Shown here: positions 10,258 to 19,143 of the stretch, in pieces | Numbering within the stretch: position 1 is the stretch's first letter | Layout: each line of letters begins with the position of its first letter | Origin: an uncultured Chloroflexia bacterium | GTDB taxonomy: Bacteria; Chloroflexota; Limnocylindria; Limnocylindrales; CSP1-4 | Assembly: GCA_963734535.1 (NCBI GenBank) | Contig: CAVTHS010000008.1 | Span: 192,001 to 256,000 of the forward strand | DNA length: 64,000 nucleotides | Direction: 5' to 3' | The notes under the pieces: generated by a model | The model's input: only the letters and a program-made list of their open reading frames with translations | The model's database searches: none | Told to the model about the DNA's origin: nothing | Program-made: the position numbers and the translations under genes

Positions 10258-11568
10258 CTATCGGCGGCCCCTCGCCGCGGCGATGACCGTTGCGAGCGTG
10301 GGGCGTTGCCCGTACAGGAGGACGCCTGCCCGGTAGACCCGGATCGCCAGCCAGAGGGCGGCTGCGATCGCGACGAGGAGGAGCAGGATCGCGATCGCGA
10401 CCTCGGCCGCCGACACGTGACCCGTCATCAGGCGGACCAGCATGAGGTACGGGCTGAAGAACGGGACCAGGGAGAGCGGCGCGACCCACGGCGCGTCCGG
10501 CGATCCGGTCGCGATCGCCGCCGCGATGTAGCCGCCGAACGAGAGCAGCAGCATGGGCAACGCGACCTGCTGCACGTCCTCCTGGCGGCTCACCAGCGAG
10601 CCGGCCGCCGCGTACAGCAGGGCCGAGAGCGCGAACCCGAGCAGGAAGAAGACCGCGAACGCGACGAGGATCCCCCCGGTCAGGCCGACCAGCGGCCCGT
10701 CGCCGGCAGCGACGTCGCCGAGCAGCAGCTGCGCCAGCGGCCCCTGGAGGACGAGCGCGGCCACCGCCGGCACGATGATCGCGGTGTACTGGGTAAGTCC
10801 CGCCGCACCGACTCCCAGCACCTTGCCCCCGAGCAGCTCGCCGGTCGTCGCCGCGTTCAGCATCACCTCCATGACCCGGCTGCCCTTCTCCTCCGCCACG
10901 CTCGTCGCCACCCACATGCCGTAGGTCACGGACGTGATGAAGACCAGGATGACGAGGATCGTTGCGAGGATCGCACGGCTGGCCGAATCCGCCTCGAGCG
11001 GCTGCACGGGCGCGGCCGGATCAGCGGCCGTGACCCGGAAGTCGCCGACAAGCCCGGCGACCGTGCCCACGCGGTCGTTCACCGCGACGGCGAGTGTCGC
11101 GAGGCGCATGAGGATCACCTGCCGGCCCCCGGGCGGCGCGTTCGTCACGTACTCGAAGCTGGGCGTGCCCTCGGCGTCGCGGCCCACGAGCAGCAGGCCC
11201 GCCAGATCGCCGCGGACCACGCGCGCACGGGCGGCTGGAACGTCGGCGGCGGGGTCGATCGCCCAGGCCTGGCGCGTCGTCGGGTCGATCTGGGTCCGCC
11301 CGTTGAGGACGGTATCGAGCGACCGGACCGCCAGGACCTGCAGCGCGGCGTCGTCGGCATGGACCGCGAGCCTGACGACCGCGTTGCGGTCCATCGCGCG
11401 GACCAGGATGGGCACCAGGCCCGTGCCAACGGCGACGGCGGCCAGGAGGAGGGTGGAGAGCACGAAGGCGCGACTGTGCACGCGGACGCGATACTCGCGC
11501 CGGGCCACCAGGCGCACGTTGCGGAGGAATGGGCCGAGGCCGCCCGGGCTCACCCTCGGCACCTGCAC
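10258..11568 (-). CDS. ABC-2 permease, NatB/YhaP-like
   Basis: VARREY N-terminus, extracytoplasmic loop, VAEEKGSRVMEVML motif, C-terminal TMs. Start uncertain. Confidence 0.85.
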   Translation of the reverse strand: MQVPRVSPGGLGPFLRNVRLVARREYRVRVHSRAFVLSTLLLAAVAVGTGLVPILVRAMDRNAVVRLAVHADDAALQVLAVRSLDTVLNGRTQIDPTTRQAWAIDPAADVPAARARVVRGDLAGLLLVGRDAEGTPSFEYVTNAPPGGRQVILMRLATLAVAVNDRVGTVAGLVGDFRVTAADPAAPVQPLEADSASRAILATILVILVFITSVTYGMWVATSVAEEKGSRVMEVMLNAATTGELLGGKVLGVGAAGLTQYTAIIVPAVAALVLQGPLAQLLLGDVAAGDGPLVGLTGGILVAFAVFFLLGFALSALLYAAAGSLVSRQEDVQQVALPMLLLSFGGYIAAAIATGSPDAPWVAPLSLVPFFSPYLMLVRLMTGHVSAAEVAIAILLLLVAIAAALWLAIRVYRAGVLLYGQRPTLATVIAAARGRR

Positions 11569-11702
11569 GGTCCTTCGGCCATGCGGCCATGATGCCCGCT
11601 CCGGCCGGCGACCGCGCGCGGCGGATGCGCCGCTGACGGGACCCGCGCGCCGGGTGTGACGGCGGGCGACCTGCGCCGGGCGGCCGCGCCTACACTATGC
11701 CC

Positions 11703-12104
11703 ATGGCATCGAGCTACCTGCGGGGCGATGACCTGACCGCCCCGCTCCGCATCCACGCCGACCGGCAGGCGCGGACCGTTCGCGTGGAGTGGACGGACGG
11801 GCACGTCTCGACGTACGACTTCGTGCGGCTTCGCTGGCTCTGCCCATGCGCCTACTGCCGGGGCGAGATGGGCCAGCCCGGCTGGCTGGATTCCAGCCCG
11901 ACGCTCACCGGGGAGCAGACCCGGCTGGTCTCGATGGAGCCGGTCGGCGGGTACGCGGTCGCGCCCACCTGGGGCGATGGCCACCACACCGGGTTCTACA
12001 CCTTCACCTCGCTGCGCACCCACTGTCCGTGCCCGGAGTGCACGGTCGCCCGCGCCGCCGCCGGTCACCCCGACGCGGCAATCCCGAAGGGAGCACCACG
12101 ATGA
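11703..12104 (+). CDS. DUF971 (GBBH-like N-terminal) domain protein
   Basis: WTDGHVSTY...LRWLCPCAYC...GGYAVAPTWGDGHHTGFY. TACACT -10 lies 6 nt upstream of ATG 11703. Confidence 0.85.
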   Translation: MASSYLRGDDLTAPLRIHADRQARTVRVEWTDGHVSTYDFVRLRWLCPCAYCRGEMGQPGWLDSSPTLTGEQTRLVSMEPVGGYAVAPTWGDGHHTGFYTFTSLRTHCPCPECTVARAAAGHPDAAIPKGAPR

Positions 12105-12454
12105 TCGTCGCCACCACGCCCTACATCGCCGGCCACCGCGTCATCGACACGAAGGGGATGGTCTTCGGCCTGGTGGTCCGAAGCCGCGGACTGGGCGGCA
12201 ACATCATGGCCGGGCTCCGCTCGATCGGCGGCGGCGAGATCCACGAGTACACGGAGCTGCTCGAGGACACCCGGCGCCAGGCCATTGACCGGCTGATCCG
12301 CAACGCGACGCTCGCGGGCGGCAACGCGGTCATCTCGATGCGCTTCGACAGCTCGGAGATCGCGAGCACGATGTCGGAGATCGTGGCCTACGGGACCGCG
12401 GTCCTCGTCGAGGCGGACGCCTCGCAGACGGCCGCGACGACGCCGGTCGAGTGA
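12101..12454 (+). CDS. YbjQ/UPF0145 family protein
   Basis: GLRSIGGGEIHEYTELLEDTRRQAIDRL...GGNAVISMRFD...AYGTAV. ATGA overlap. Confidence 0.9.
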   Translation: MIVATTPYIAGHRVIDTKGMVFGLVVRSRGLGGNIMAGLRSIGGGEIHEYTELLEDTRRQAIDRLIRNATLAGGNAVISMRFDSSEIASTMSEIVAYGTAVLVEADASQTAATTPVE

Positions 12455-12509
12455 CCCACGCCGCAGCTCGCGGCGCGCCGGCCGTCGGCGCGCCCGCGGG
12501 TGCCATGGT

Positions 12510-12869
12510 GTGAGCGCGGGCCTCGGCATCGTGCGCGTCCTGCTGGCGTTCTTCGGGGCCCTTGGCCTTATCGTGGGGCTGGCCATCATCGTCGCCGGCG
12601 GCCCCGGGGCGTTCGCCGGGCTGTGGCTCGTCCTCACGGGCGGCGTTCTCCTTCTCGCGGTCGCCTTCGAGCGGCAGCGCTACCGGAGCGAGCAGGCGGA
12701 CCGGGCCGGCGCCGACCCCGGTCCCGGCGGCGGGGAGCAGCTGGACGCGCCGATGGAGGCGCGGTTCCGGCGCACCGACGAGTTCTTCGAGGACCCGACC
12801 AGCCGCCAGCGGATGCGCGTCTGGCTCGACCCGTCGACCGGCGAGCGCCGCTACCGCGCCGAGGGGTAG
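12510..12869 (+). CDS. Small membrane protein, hypothetical
   Basis: Two N-terminal TMs followed by FRRTDEFFEDPTS...RVWLDPSTGERRY. Confidence 0.7.
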   Translation: MSAGLGIVRVLLAFFGALGLIVGLAIIVAGGPGAFAGLWLVLTGGVLLLAVAFERQRYRSEQADRAGADPGPGGGEQLDAPMEARFRRTDEFFEDPTSRQRMRVWLDPSTGERRYRAEG

Positions 12870-13001
12870 CCCGCGTCCTCTCATGCCGGCTGCCCGGACC
12901 CGCGGCGGTTGGCACGTGGGGGCGTGCTACGATCGCGGGTCCGTGGACTCGCGCACTCCCGCCCTCGCGTTCGTGACCGCCCCTGGAGCCGATCTTCCCG
13001 C

Positions 13002-15155
13002 ATGACCACGCTTCGTGCCCGCTCCTCGCGCGCCGGGAGCCGCCGGCGCCCGGCAGCGCTGCCCTACCTGAACCGCGAGCTCTCGTGGCTCGACTTCAAC
13101 GCGCGCGTCCTCCACGAGGCCCGCGACGAGCGCACCCCGTTGCTGGAGCGGGCCAAGTTCCTGGCCATCTTTGCGTCCAACCTCGACGAGTTCTTCCAGG
13201 TGCGCGTGTCGGGCCTTCTGGAGCAGGTCGCGTCGGCGAGCGGCAAGCGGTCCCCCGACGGGCGCACCGCGGCCGAGCAGCTGGGGGCGATCCGTGCCCG
13301 GGTCCACGAGCTGGTCCGGGAGCACGCCCGGCTCCTGGCAGAGGTGCGCACCTCCCTGGCGGCCGAAGGGGTGGCGATCCTCGACCACGCGGCGATCCCC
13401 GAGCACCACGCCCGCCTTCGCGAGCGCTACCTCGAGGAGATCTTCCCGGTGCTGACGCCGCTCGCAGTCGCGCCCGGCCACCCGTTCCCGTATATCAGCA
13501 CGCTCAGCCTGTCGCTGGCAGTGGTGGTGCGCGATCCCGACGCCGGGGAGCAGCGCTTCGCCCGCATCAAGGTTCCCCAGATCCTGCCGCGCCTGGTCGC
13601 CGTGGACGCGCACGCCTACGTCCCCCTGGAGCAGGTCATCGCCGCGAACCTCGACGTCCTCTTCCCCGGCCTGGAGATCGTCGAGTCGCATCCATTCCGG
13701 GTCACCCGGGATGCGGACTTCGACATCGAGGAGGACGAGGCGGGGGATCTCGTGTCGGCGATCGAGCACGAGCTCCGCCAGCGGCGCTTCGGCTCGGCGG
13801 TGCGCCTCGAGGTGGAGGACGCGATGCCGGACGGCGTCCGCGACTTCATCCTCGACGGGATCGGCCTGGGCCCCGATGACCTGTACGCGGTCCCGGGAAT
13901 CCTCGACGCGACCTGCTTCTGGGAGCTCGCCACGCTCGACCTGCCCGAGCTGCGCGACCCGCCCTGGAAGCCCGTCATTCCGGCTCGCCTGACGCCGCAT
14001 GACGAGGGCGACGCCGTGGACGTCTTCGCCGCGGTCAGGCAGGGCGACATCCTGGTCCACCACCCGTACGAATCGTTCGGCGCGTCGGTCGAACGCTTCA
14101 TCGCGCAGGCCGCCGACGACCCCGACGTCCTGACCATCAAGATGGCGCTCTACCGCACGTCGGGCGACTCGCCGATCGTGCGGGACCTGATCCGGGCGGC
14201 CGAGCAGGGCAAGCAGGTGGTGGTTCTCGTCGAGATCAAAGCCCGTTTCGACGAGGAGGCGAACATCGTCTGGGCGCGCAAGCTCGAGCAGGCCGGCGCG
14301 CATGTCGTCTACGGCCTGGTCGGCCTCAAGACCCACTGCAAGATCTCGCTGGTAGTCCGGCGCGAGGGTTCGGGCTTGCGCCGCTACGTGCACCTCGGGA
14401 CGGGCAACTACAACCCCAAGACGGCACGCATCTACATCGACCTGGGACTGATCACCTCGCGCCCCGAGCTCGGCGCCGATGCGACCGATCTCTTCAACTA
14501 CCTGACGGGCCTGTCGCGCCAGCACCAGTTCCGCCGGCTCCTGGTTGCGCCGGTCGCGCTGCGGCCACGCCTGCGCGAGCTCATCGAGCGCGAGGCCGAG
14601 CAGGCCCGGGCGGGACGGCCCGCGCGGATCGTCGTCAAATGCAACGCGGTCGTGGATCCCGAGCTGATCGAGGCGCTCTATCGCGCCAGCCAGGCCGGCG
14701 TCGAGGTCGAGTGCATCATCCGTGGCATCTGCTCGCTGCATCCGGGCGTCCCCGGCGTGAGCGACCGGATCCACGTCCGCTCCATCGTGGGCGAGTTCCT
14801 GGAGCACAGCCGGATCTACGGCTTCCTCAACGGCGGGCGCCAGGAGTGGTACACGGGCTCGGCCGACCTGATGGAGCGCAACCTCGACCGGCGAATCGAG
14901 GTCGTCTTCCCGATCGAGGATCTCGAGGCGCAGGCACGTCTGGGGGAGATCATCGAGGTCATGCTGGCGGACGACCGGCGCTCGTGGCAGCTCGGGGCGG
15001 ACGCGACGTGGCGCCGGACCGAGGAGGTCAATGCCGCGGCCGGGACGACGGACACCTTCGCGACCCTCAAGGAGCGCGCCGAGCGCGCCGTCGTCCTCGG
15101 CCACGAGCCGCGCCGGCCGGCGGCTGCGGTCGGCTCGCTCGATCCGCGCGCGTGA
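13002..15155 (+). CDS. ppk1: Polyphosphate kinase 1
   Basis: NRELSWLDFNARVL, SNLDEFF, HHPYESF, LKTHCK, GTGNYN, FLEHSR, SADLMERNLDRRIE. Confidence 0.97.
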   Translation: MTTLRARSSRAGSRRRPAALPYLNRELSWLDFNARVLHEARDERTPLLERAKFLAIFASNLDEFFQVRVSGLLEQVASASGKRSPDGRTAAEQLGAIRARVHELVREHARLLAEVRTSLAAEGVAILDHAAIPEHHARLRERYLEEIFPVLTPLAVAPGHPFPYISTLSLSLAVVVRDPDAGEQRFARIKVPQILPRLVAVDAHAYVPLEQVIAANLDVLFPGLEIVESHPFRVTRDADFDIEEDEAGDLVSAIEHELRQRRFGSAVRLEVEDAMPDGVRDFILDGIGLGPDDLYAVPGILDATCFWELATLDLPELRDPPWKPVIPARLTPHDEGDAVDVFAAVRQGDILVHHPYESFGASVERFIAQAADDPDVLTIKMALYRTSGDSPIVRDLIRAAEQGKQVVVLVEIKARFDEEANIVWARKLEQAGAHVVYGLVGLKTHCKISLVVRREGSGLRRYVHLGTGNYNPKTARIYIDLGLITSRPELGADATDLFNYLTGLSRQHQFRRLLVAPVALRPRLRELIEREAEQARAGRPARIVVKCNAVVDPELIEALYRASQAGVEVECIIRGICSLHPGVPGVSDRIHVRSIVGEFLEHSRIYGFLNGGRQEWYTGSADLMERNLDRRIEVVFPIEDLEAQARLGEIIEVMLADDRRSWQLGADATWRRTEEVNAAAGTTDTFATLKERAERAVVLGHEPRRPAAAVGSLDPRA

Positions 15156-15177
15156 CGTAGCGCACGGGCAGGCAGAC

Positions 15178-16971
15178 GTGACGAGCATCCGGCAGGGAAT
15201 CGAGGTGGAGCTCAAGTACCGCGTGCGCGACGCGGAGGCGGCCGCACGGCTGGGCGCGCTCCGGGCGCTCGGCGGGCTCCGGGTCGCCGGCCGCCCGCGC
15301 CAGGTCCAGGTCGAGGACCGCTACCTGGACACGGCCGATGGCGCCCTGGCTGGAGCCGGCTACGCCGTCCGCCTCCGGCGCGGCCCGCGGATGACGATCC
15401 TGTCCGTCAAGGCGTCCAACGAGGCGGCATCGGCGCTCCACCGGCGCGAGGAGCTCGAGGGCCCGGCCGACCTGTCGCTCGATCCGCATGCGTGGCCTTC
15501 CTCGGCTGCCCGCTCGCTCGTGCTCGAGCATGCCGGCGACCTGCCGCTCATCGAGACGGTCACGATCCGCCAGCTCCGGCGCGCGCGCACCTTCGCGGGT
15601 GACGCGCTCGAGGTCGAGCTGAGCGTCGACGACGTGGAGATCGTCGCCGGCGGCCGGATGATCGACCGGTTCCTCGAGCTCGAGGTCGAGCTCAAGTCCG
15701 GCGACGAGCGCCGGCTCGCCGAGATCGCGGCGCTCGTCGAGGCGGACGACGCGCTCGAGCCTGTCACGACATCGAAGCTGGACCGGGCGCTCGCTGCCCT
15801 GGGCCGGGGCGGTCGGCCGGCGCGCGCGCGGGCGCGCCCCGCATCGACCAGCAGCCCGGCATCGCCGCCCGCCGCGGCGGATCCGATGCCGACAGGGGCT
15901 CCCACGCCGGCACTGGCCACGGACGGCACGCTGGCCAGCGAGACGGCAGACCGACCCGAGATCCCGCCGGGGCCCGAGCGGCCGGCCGAGGCGGAACGGC
16001 CGGCCGAGGCGGGCGTCACGCTGCCCGCGCTCGCGGTGGGCAAGACGCCCGGTGTCAGGCGCGACGACCTGCTGGCGGAAGCGGGCCGCAAGGTCCTCCG
16101 GTTCCACCTGGCGAGGATGCTCGCCCGCGAGGAAGGGACGCGGACCGGGCTCCGCATCGAGGATCTCCACGGCATGCGCGTCGCCACGCGCCGGATGCGG
16201 GCAGCCTGGCGCGTCTTTGGCGACGGGTTCAGGCTGGATCGGACGCGCCGAATGCGCCGGCGGCTCCGGGACCTTGCGGCCCGGCTCGGCGCGGTGCGCG
16301 ACCTCGACGTCCTCATCGAGGCCGCCGAGGCGCACCGGGTTGGTCTGCCGGAGGCAGAGGGGACCGCCTTCGCGCCCCTGGTCCGGGCGTGGTCGGAGAA
16401 CCGCGAGGTCGCCCGTCAGCTCCTGGTGCGAGAGCTCGACTCGGGCGCGTATGCCCGCCTCGTCGAGGAGTACCGGATCTTCGTCACGGCCGAGGGCACC
16501 GCCGTCCTTGCGCCGGCCAGCCCGGTCGCCCCGCACCGCGTTCGCGACACCGCCGGATCGCGCATCTGGCTGGCCTATGAGCAGGTCCGCGGGTACGAGA
16601 GCGTCCTGCGCTGGGCGGACATCGAGACGATCCACCAGCTCCGGATCGCCGCGAAGTGGCTTCGCTACACCCTCGAGTTCTTCCGCGAGGCGCTGGGGCC
16701 GGAGGTCGACCAGCTCGTCCCTCGGGTCGTGGCACTCCAGGATCACCTCGGCTGGCTTCACGACGCAGACGTCACGATCGCCCTGACCCGCCAGTTCCTG
16801 GTCTCGAATGCAGGTCGTCTCGACCCGGCCGGCACCGAGGTGATCGCGGCCTACCTGGAGGGTCGGGAGCGCGAGCTGGAGCATCTGCGCCGGTCGATCG
16901 GCGCCCCGTGGCGGGGCGTCGACGGGGTCGCGTTCCGGCGCCTCCTGGGGCGCGCCGTCAGCGGCCTGTGA
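15178..16971 (+). CDS. CYTH + CHAD domain protein
   Basis: N-terminal EVELKY/ELEVELK (CYTH), Pro/Ala linker, CHAD motifs LHGMRVATRRMR, HQLRIAAKWLRY, LQDHLGWLHD. Confidence 0.9.
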   Translation: MTSIRQGIEVELKYRVRDAEAAARLGALRALGGLRVAGRPRQVQVEDRYLDTADGALAGAGYAVRLRRGPRMTILSVKASNEAASALHRREELEGPADLSLDPHAWPSSAARSLVLEHAGDLPLIETVTIRQLRRARTFAGDALEVELSVDDVEIVAGGRMIDRFLELEVELKSGDERRLAEIAALVEADDALEPVTTSKLDRALAALGRGGRPARARARPASTSSPASPPAAADPMPTGAPTPALATDGTLASETADRPEIPPGPERPAEAERPAEAGVTLPALAVGKTPGVRRDDLLAEAGRKVLRFHLARMLAREEGTRTGLRIEDLHGMRVATRRMRAAWRVFGDGFRLDRTRRMRRRLRDLAARLGAVRDLDVLIEAAEAHRVGLPEAEGTAFAPLVRAWSENREVARQLLVRELDSGAYARLVEEYRIFVTAEGTAVLAPASPVAPHRVRDTAGSRIWLAYEQVRGYESVLRWADIETIHQLRIAAKWLRYTLEFFREALGPEVDQLVPRVVALQDHLGWLHDADVTIALTRQFLVSNAGRLDPAGTEVIAAYLEGRERELEHLRRSIGAPWRGVDGVAFRRLLGRAVSGL

Positions 16972-17049
16972 CGGACGGTCCCGCTCGCCGGGGGAACGGG
17001 GGCGGGCTTCGTCTCCTGCGTCGTGATCCGTGACAGACCCGGGCGCGTC

Positions 17050-18009
17050 GACGCCCCAGCCGTGCGCGAGCGCCTCGAGCCGATCCCGCCACGCGGCCCC
17101 GGCCCGGGCGAGCGCCAGCACCGTCCCTTCCCGGATCCCCTCCTCCGACGCCGTGGCCCGCGGGGCTCCGTAGCGGGCAAGGATCGCCTCGAGGAGCGCC
17201 GCGCCCCCTGCAAGGATCCGGGCCCGCTGGGGCCGGATGCCGCAGCGTGCCGCGACCTCGGCGGCGGATGACCCGCGGAGCAGCTCGAACGCCGCGTCGA
17301 GCCGCTCCGCCGTGAGGGCGCGATCCTGGAGCGCACCGGGCACGATCTTGACGAGGTTCGAGGCCGTTCCACCCACCGCCACGATCGCCGTGGGCGCGGC
17401 TTCGGGAGCGGTGGCGAGGGCCGCGGCGGCTGCGACGCGGAGCTCGACGATCTCGCTCCGCGTCGGCGGATCATGCGTCACATGCGACGCCGTGAGACGC
17501 GCGCCACCGACCCGCAGCCCGGTAGCGCTCGCCCGGTGCCCCGGGCCCACGATCACCAGCTGCGTGCTCCCGCCGCCGATGTCCACGACGAGCAGATCGG
17601 CGGCGACCGCGCGTCCGGACGTCGCGCCGAGGAGGGTCAGCAGGCCCTCTTCGCGATGGTCCAGGACGTGGAGGGCGACCCCGGTCGCATCCTCGACGGC
17701 CACGACCACGGCCCGTGCGTCCGCGGCCCGGCGCAGCGGCTCCGTCCCCACGAACGTGATGCGCTCCGCACCGAGCCCTCGCGCCGTCGCCGCGTACCCG
17801 GCAAGCGTCTCGACCAGGAGGCCCCGGGCCTCGGCGGGGATCAGTCCCCGGACGTCGACGAGCGTGCCGAGCCCGAGCAATGCCGATTCGTCGGCGAGCG
17901 GCACGACGCGATGCCCGTCCACGCTGCCCACCAGCAGGTGCGCCGAGTTTGCCCCGACGTCGACCGCGGCGCAGACCGGCCCGGGGGAAGGCCCCGCCTC
18001 GTCAGGCGT
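17050..18009 (-). CDS. ppx: Ppx/GppA family exopolyphosphatase (boundaries anomalous)
   Basis: AAVDVGANSAHL, GTEPLRRA, VVDIGGGSTQ, VGGTA, GIREG motifs. No canonical start before the first motif and no in-frame stop until 15067. Confidence 0.82.
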
Positions 18010-18790
18010 TGTCGGGTCCCGTGTCGGGCGGCGCGGCCGGACGAGCCCGCCGCGATCGGCCGGCCGTCGCCTTCGCGGGCTTCGACGAGGTCGCCCCAGA
18101 CTTCGACGGGGTCGTCGCGGGCTTCGACGGGGTCGTCACGGACTTCCCCATGTCCCTCGCGGGTTTCGGGGAGGCCGCGCGTTTCGCGACCGGGCTGGCC
18201 GCAGCCTGACCCTCAGCGGCCTTCTTCCCGGGCGCACGCGATTCGGGCTTTGGTGCCGAGGGCGTCTCCACGGTTCCCGCTCCGCGCTTCGGAGTCCCGG
18301 CAGGCCTCGGGCGCACGGCTCGCCGGGCCGCGCCGACGACCGACCCGGCCGCCCCCCTGACGGCGCCGGCGGCATCGTGCGCCGCCCCCTTCACCGCTTC
18401 GCCGGCCGGGGCTGCCACATGGGCAGCCGCGTGTGCGGCAGCCTCCGCCGCGTGCACCACGCCCCCGGCGACGTCGGAGACGGCATCCGCGGCGCCCTCG
18501 ACCAGGCTTCCCGTCGCATGGCCGACCTTCCTCGCCCCGCCGATGGCAGGCTCCCAGGCGAGGTGGACGAGCTCGGCGATCTCTGCCCGGATCCGGTCGG
18601 CGTCCGCGGAGGCAGCGGCCAACCGCGATTTCCGGCGCTCCTCGATCCTGCGTGCCTCGGCCAGGTCCCGCTCGAGCCTGGCCAGGCGCCGCCTGGTTGC
18701 CCGCTCCAGCTGCTCCGCCTCGTCGCGCGCGGTGGCGGACACGTCCGAGACGCGCCGCCGCAGGGCACGCTTGCCACTTCCCTTGCCCAT
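18002..18790 (-). CDS. Hypothetical protein: basic coiled coil + Ala/Gly/Val amphipathic repeats + Lys/Pro/Ala-rich tail
   Basis: GAGGAGG SD before ATG 18790. Stop abuts ppx. Modular low-complexity composition. Confidence 0.72.
   Translation of the reverse strand: MGKGSGKRALRRRVSDVSATARDEAEQLERATRRRLARLERDLAEARRIEERRKSRLAAASADADRIRAEIAELVHLAWEPAIGGARKVGHATGSLVEGAADAVSDVAGGVVHAAEAAAHAAAHVAAPAGEAVKGAAHDAAGAVRGAAGSVVGAARRAVRPRPAGTPKRGAGTVETPSAPKPESRAPGKKAAEGQAAASPVAKRAASPKPARDMGKSVTTPSKPATTPSKSGATSSKPAKATAGRSRRARPAAPPDTGPDNA
18080..18142. repeat. 21-bp tandem repeat x3 in coding tail (heptads like PATTPSK)
   Basis: CTTCGACG(A/G)GGTCG... units at 18080, 18101 and 18122. Confidence 0.8.
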
Positions 18791-19005
18791 GCCGACCCTC
18801 CTCAGCCGCTCGGCGCCCAACCCGTCGGTGGCGACAGTCTGCCACCCGCGGCAACCAGGCGCGGGATCGCGGTTGCCTGGATGCGGACGGCGGGCGGCGC
18901 GCCTTCGAGTGACCCCTGGCGCCACTCGGCGCATGACGCCGTCACGGCTCCGGGGGATCGGGCCGGCGATTCCCTGCGCGCCGCCCAGGCCGGGGCCGTC
19001 GCGCC

Positions 19006-19049
19006 GTTAACACAACGTTGAAAGACCGTCAACGGCCAGTTCACGCGTG
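19006..19049 (+). promoter_or_regulatory. PHO-box-like array, 4 x 11-nt direct repeat units, upstream of pstS
   Basis: GTTAAC (19006), GTTGAA (19017), GTCAAC (19028), GTTCAC (19039). Exact 11-bp period, resembling the Streptomyces PhoP GTTCA unit. Confidence 0.8.
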
Positions 19050-19143
19050 GATCCGATGGTGGGAGCGGAAATCGCACGAACCGACCGCGTCGAGGTGCCC
19101 GAGCGTGGGTGCCCGGCGGGACACGCAGGGAGGAACAACACAG

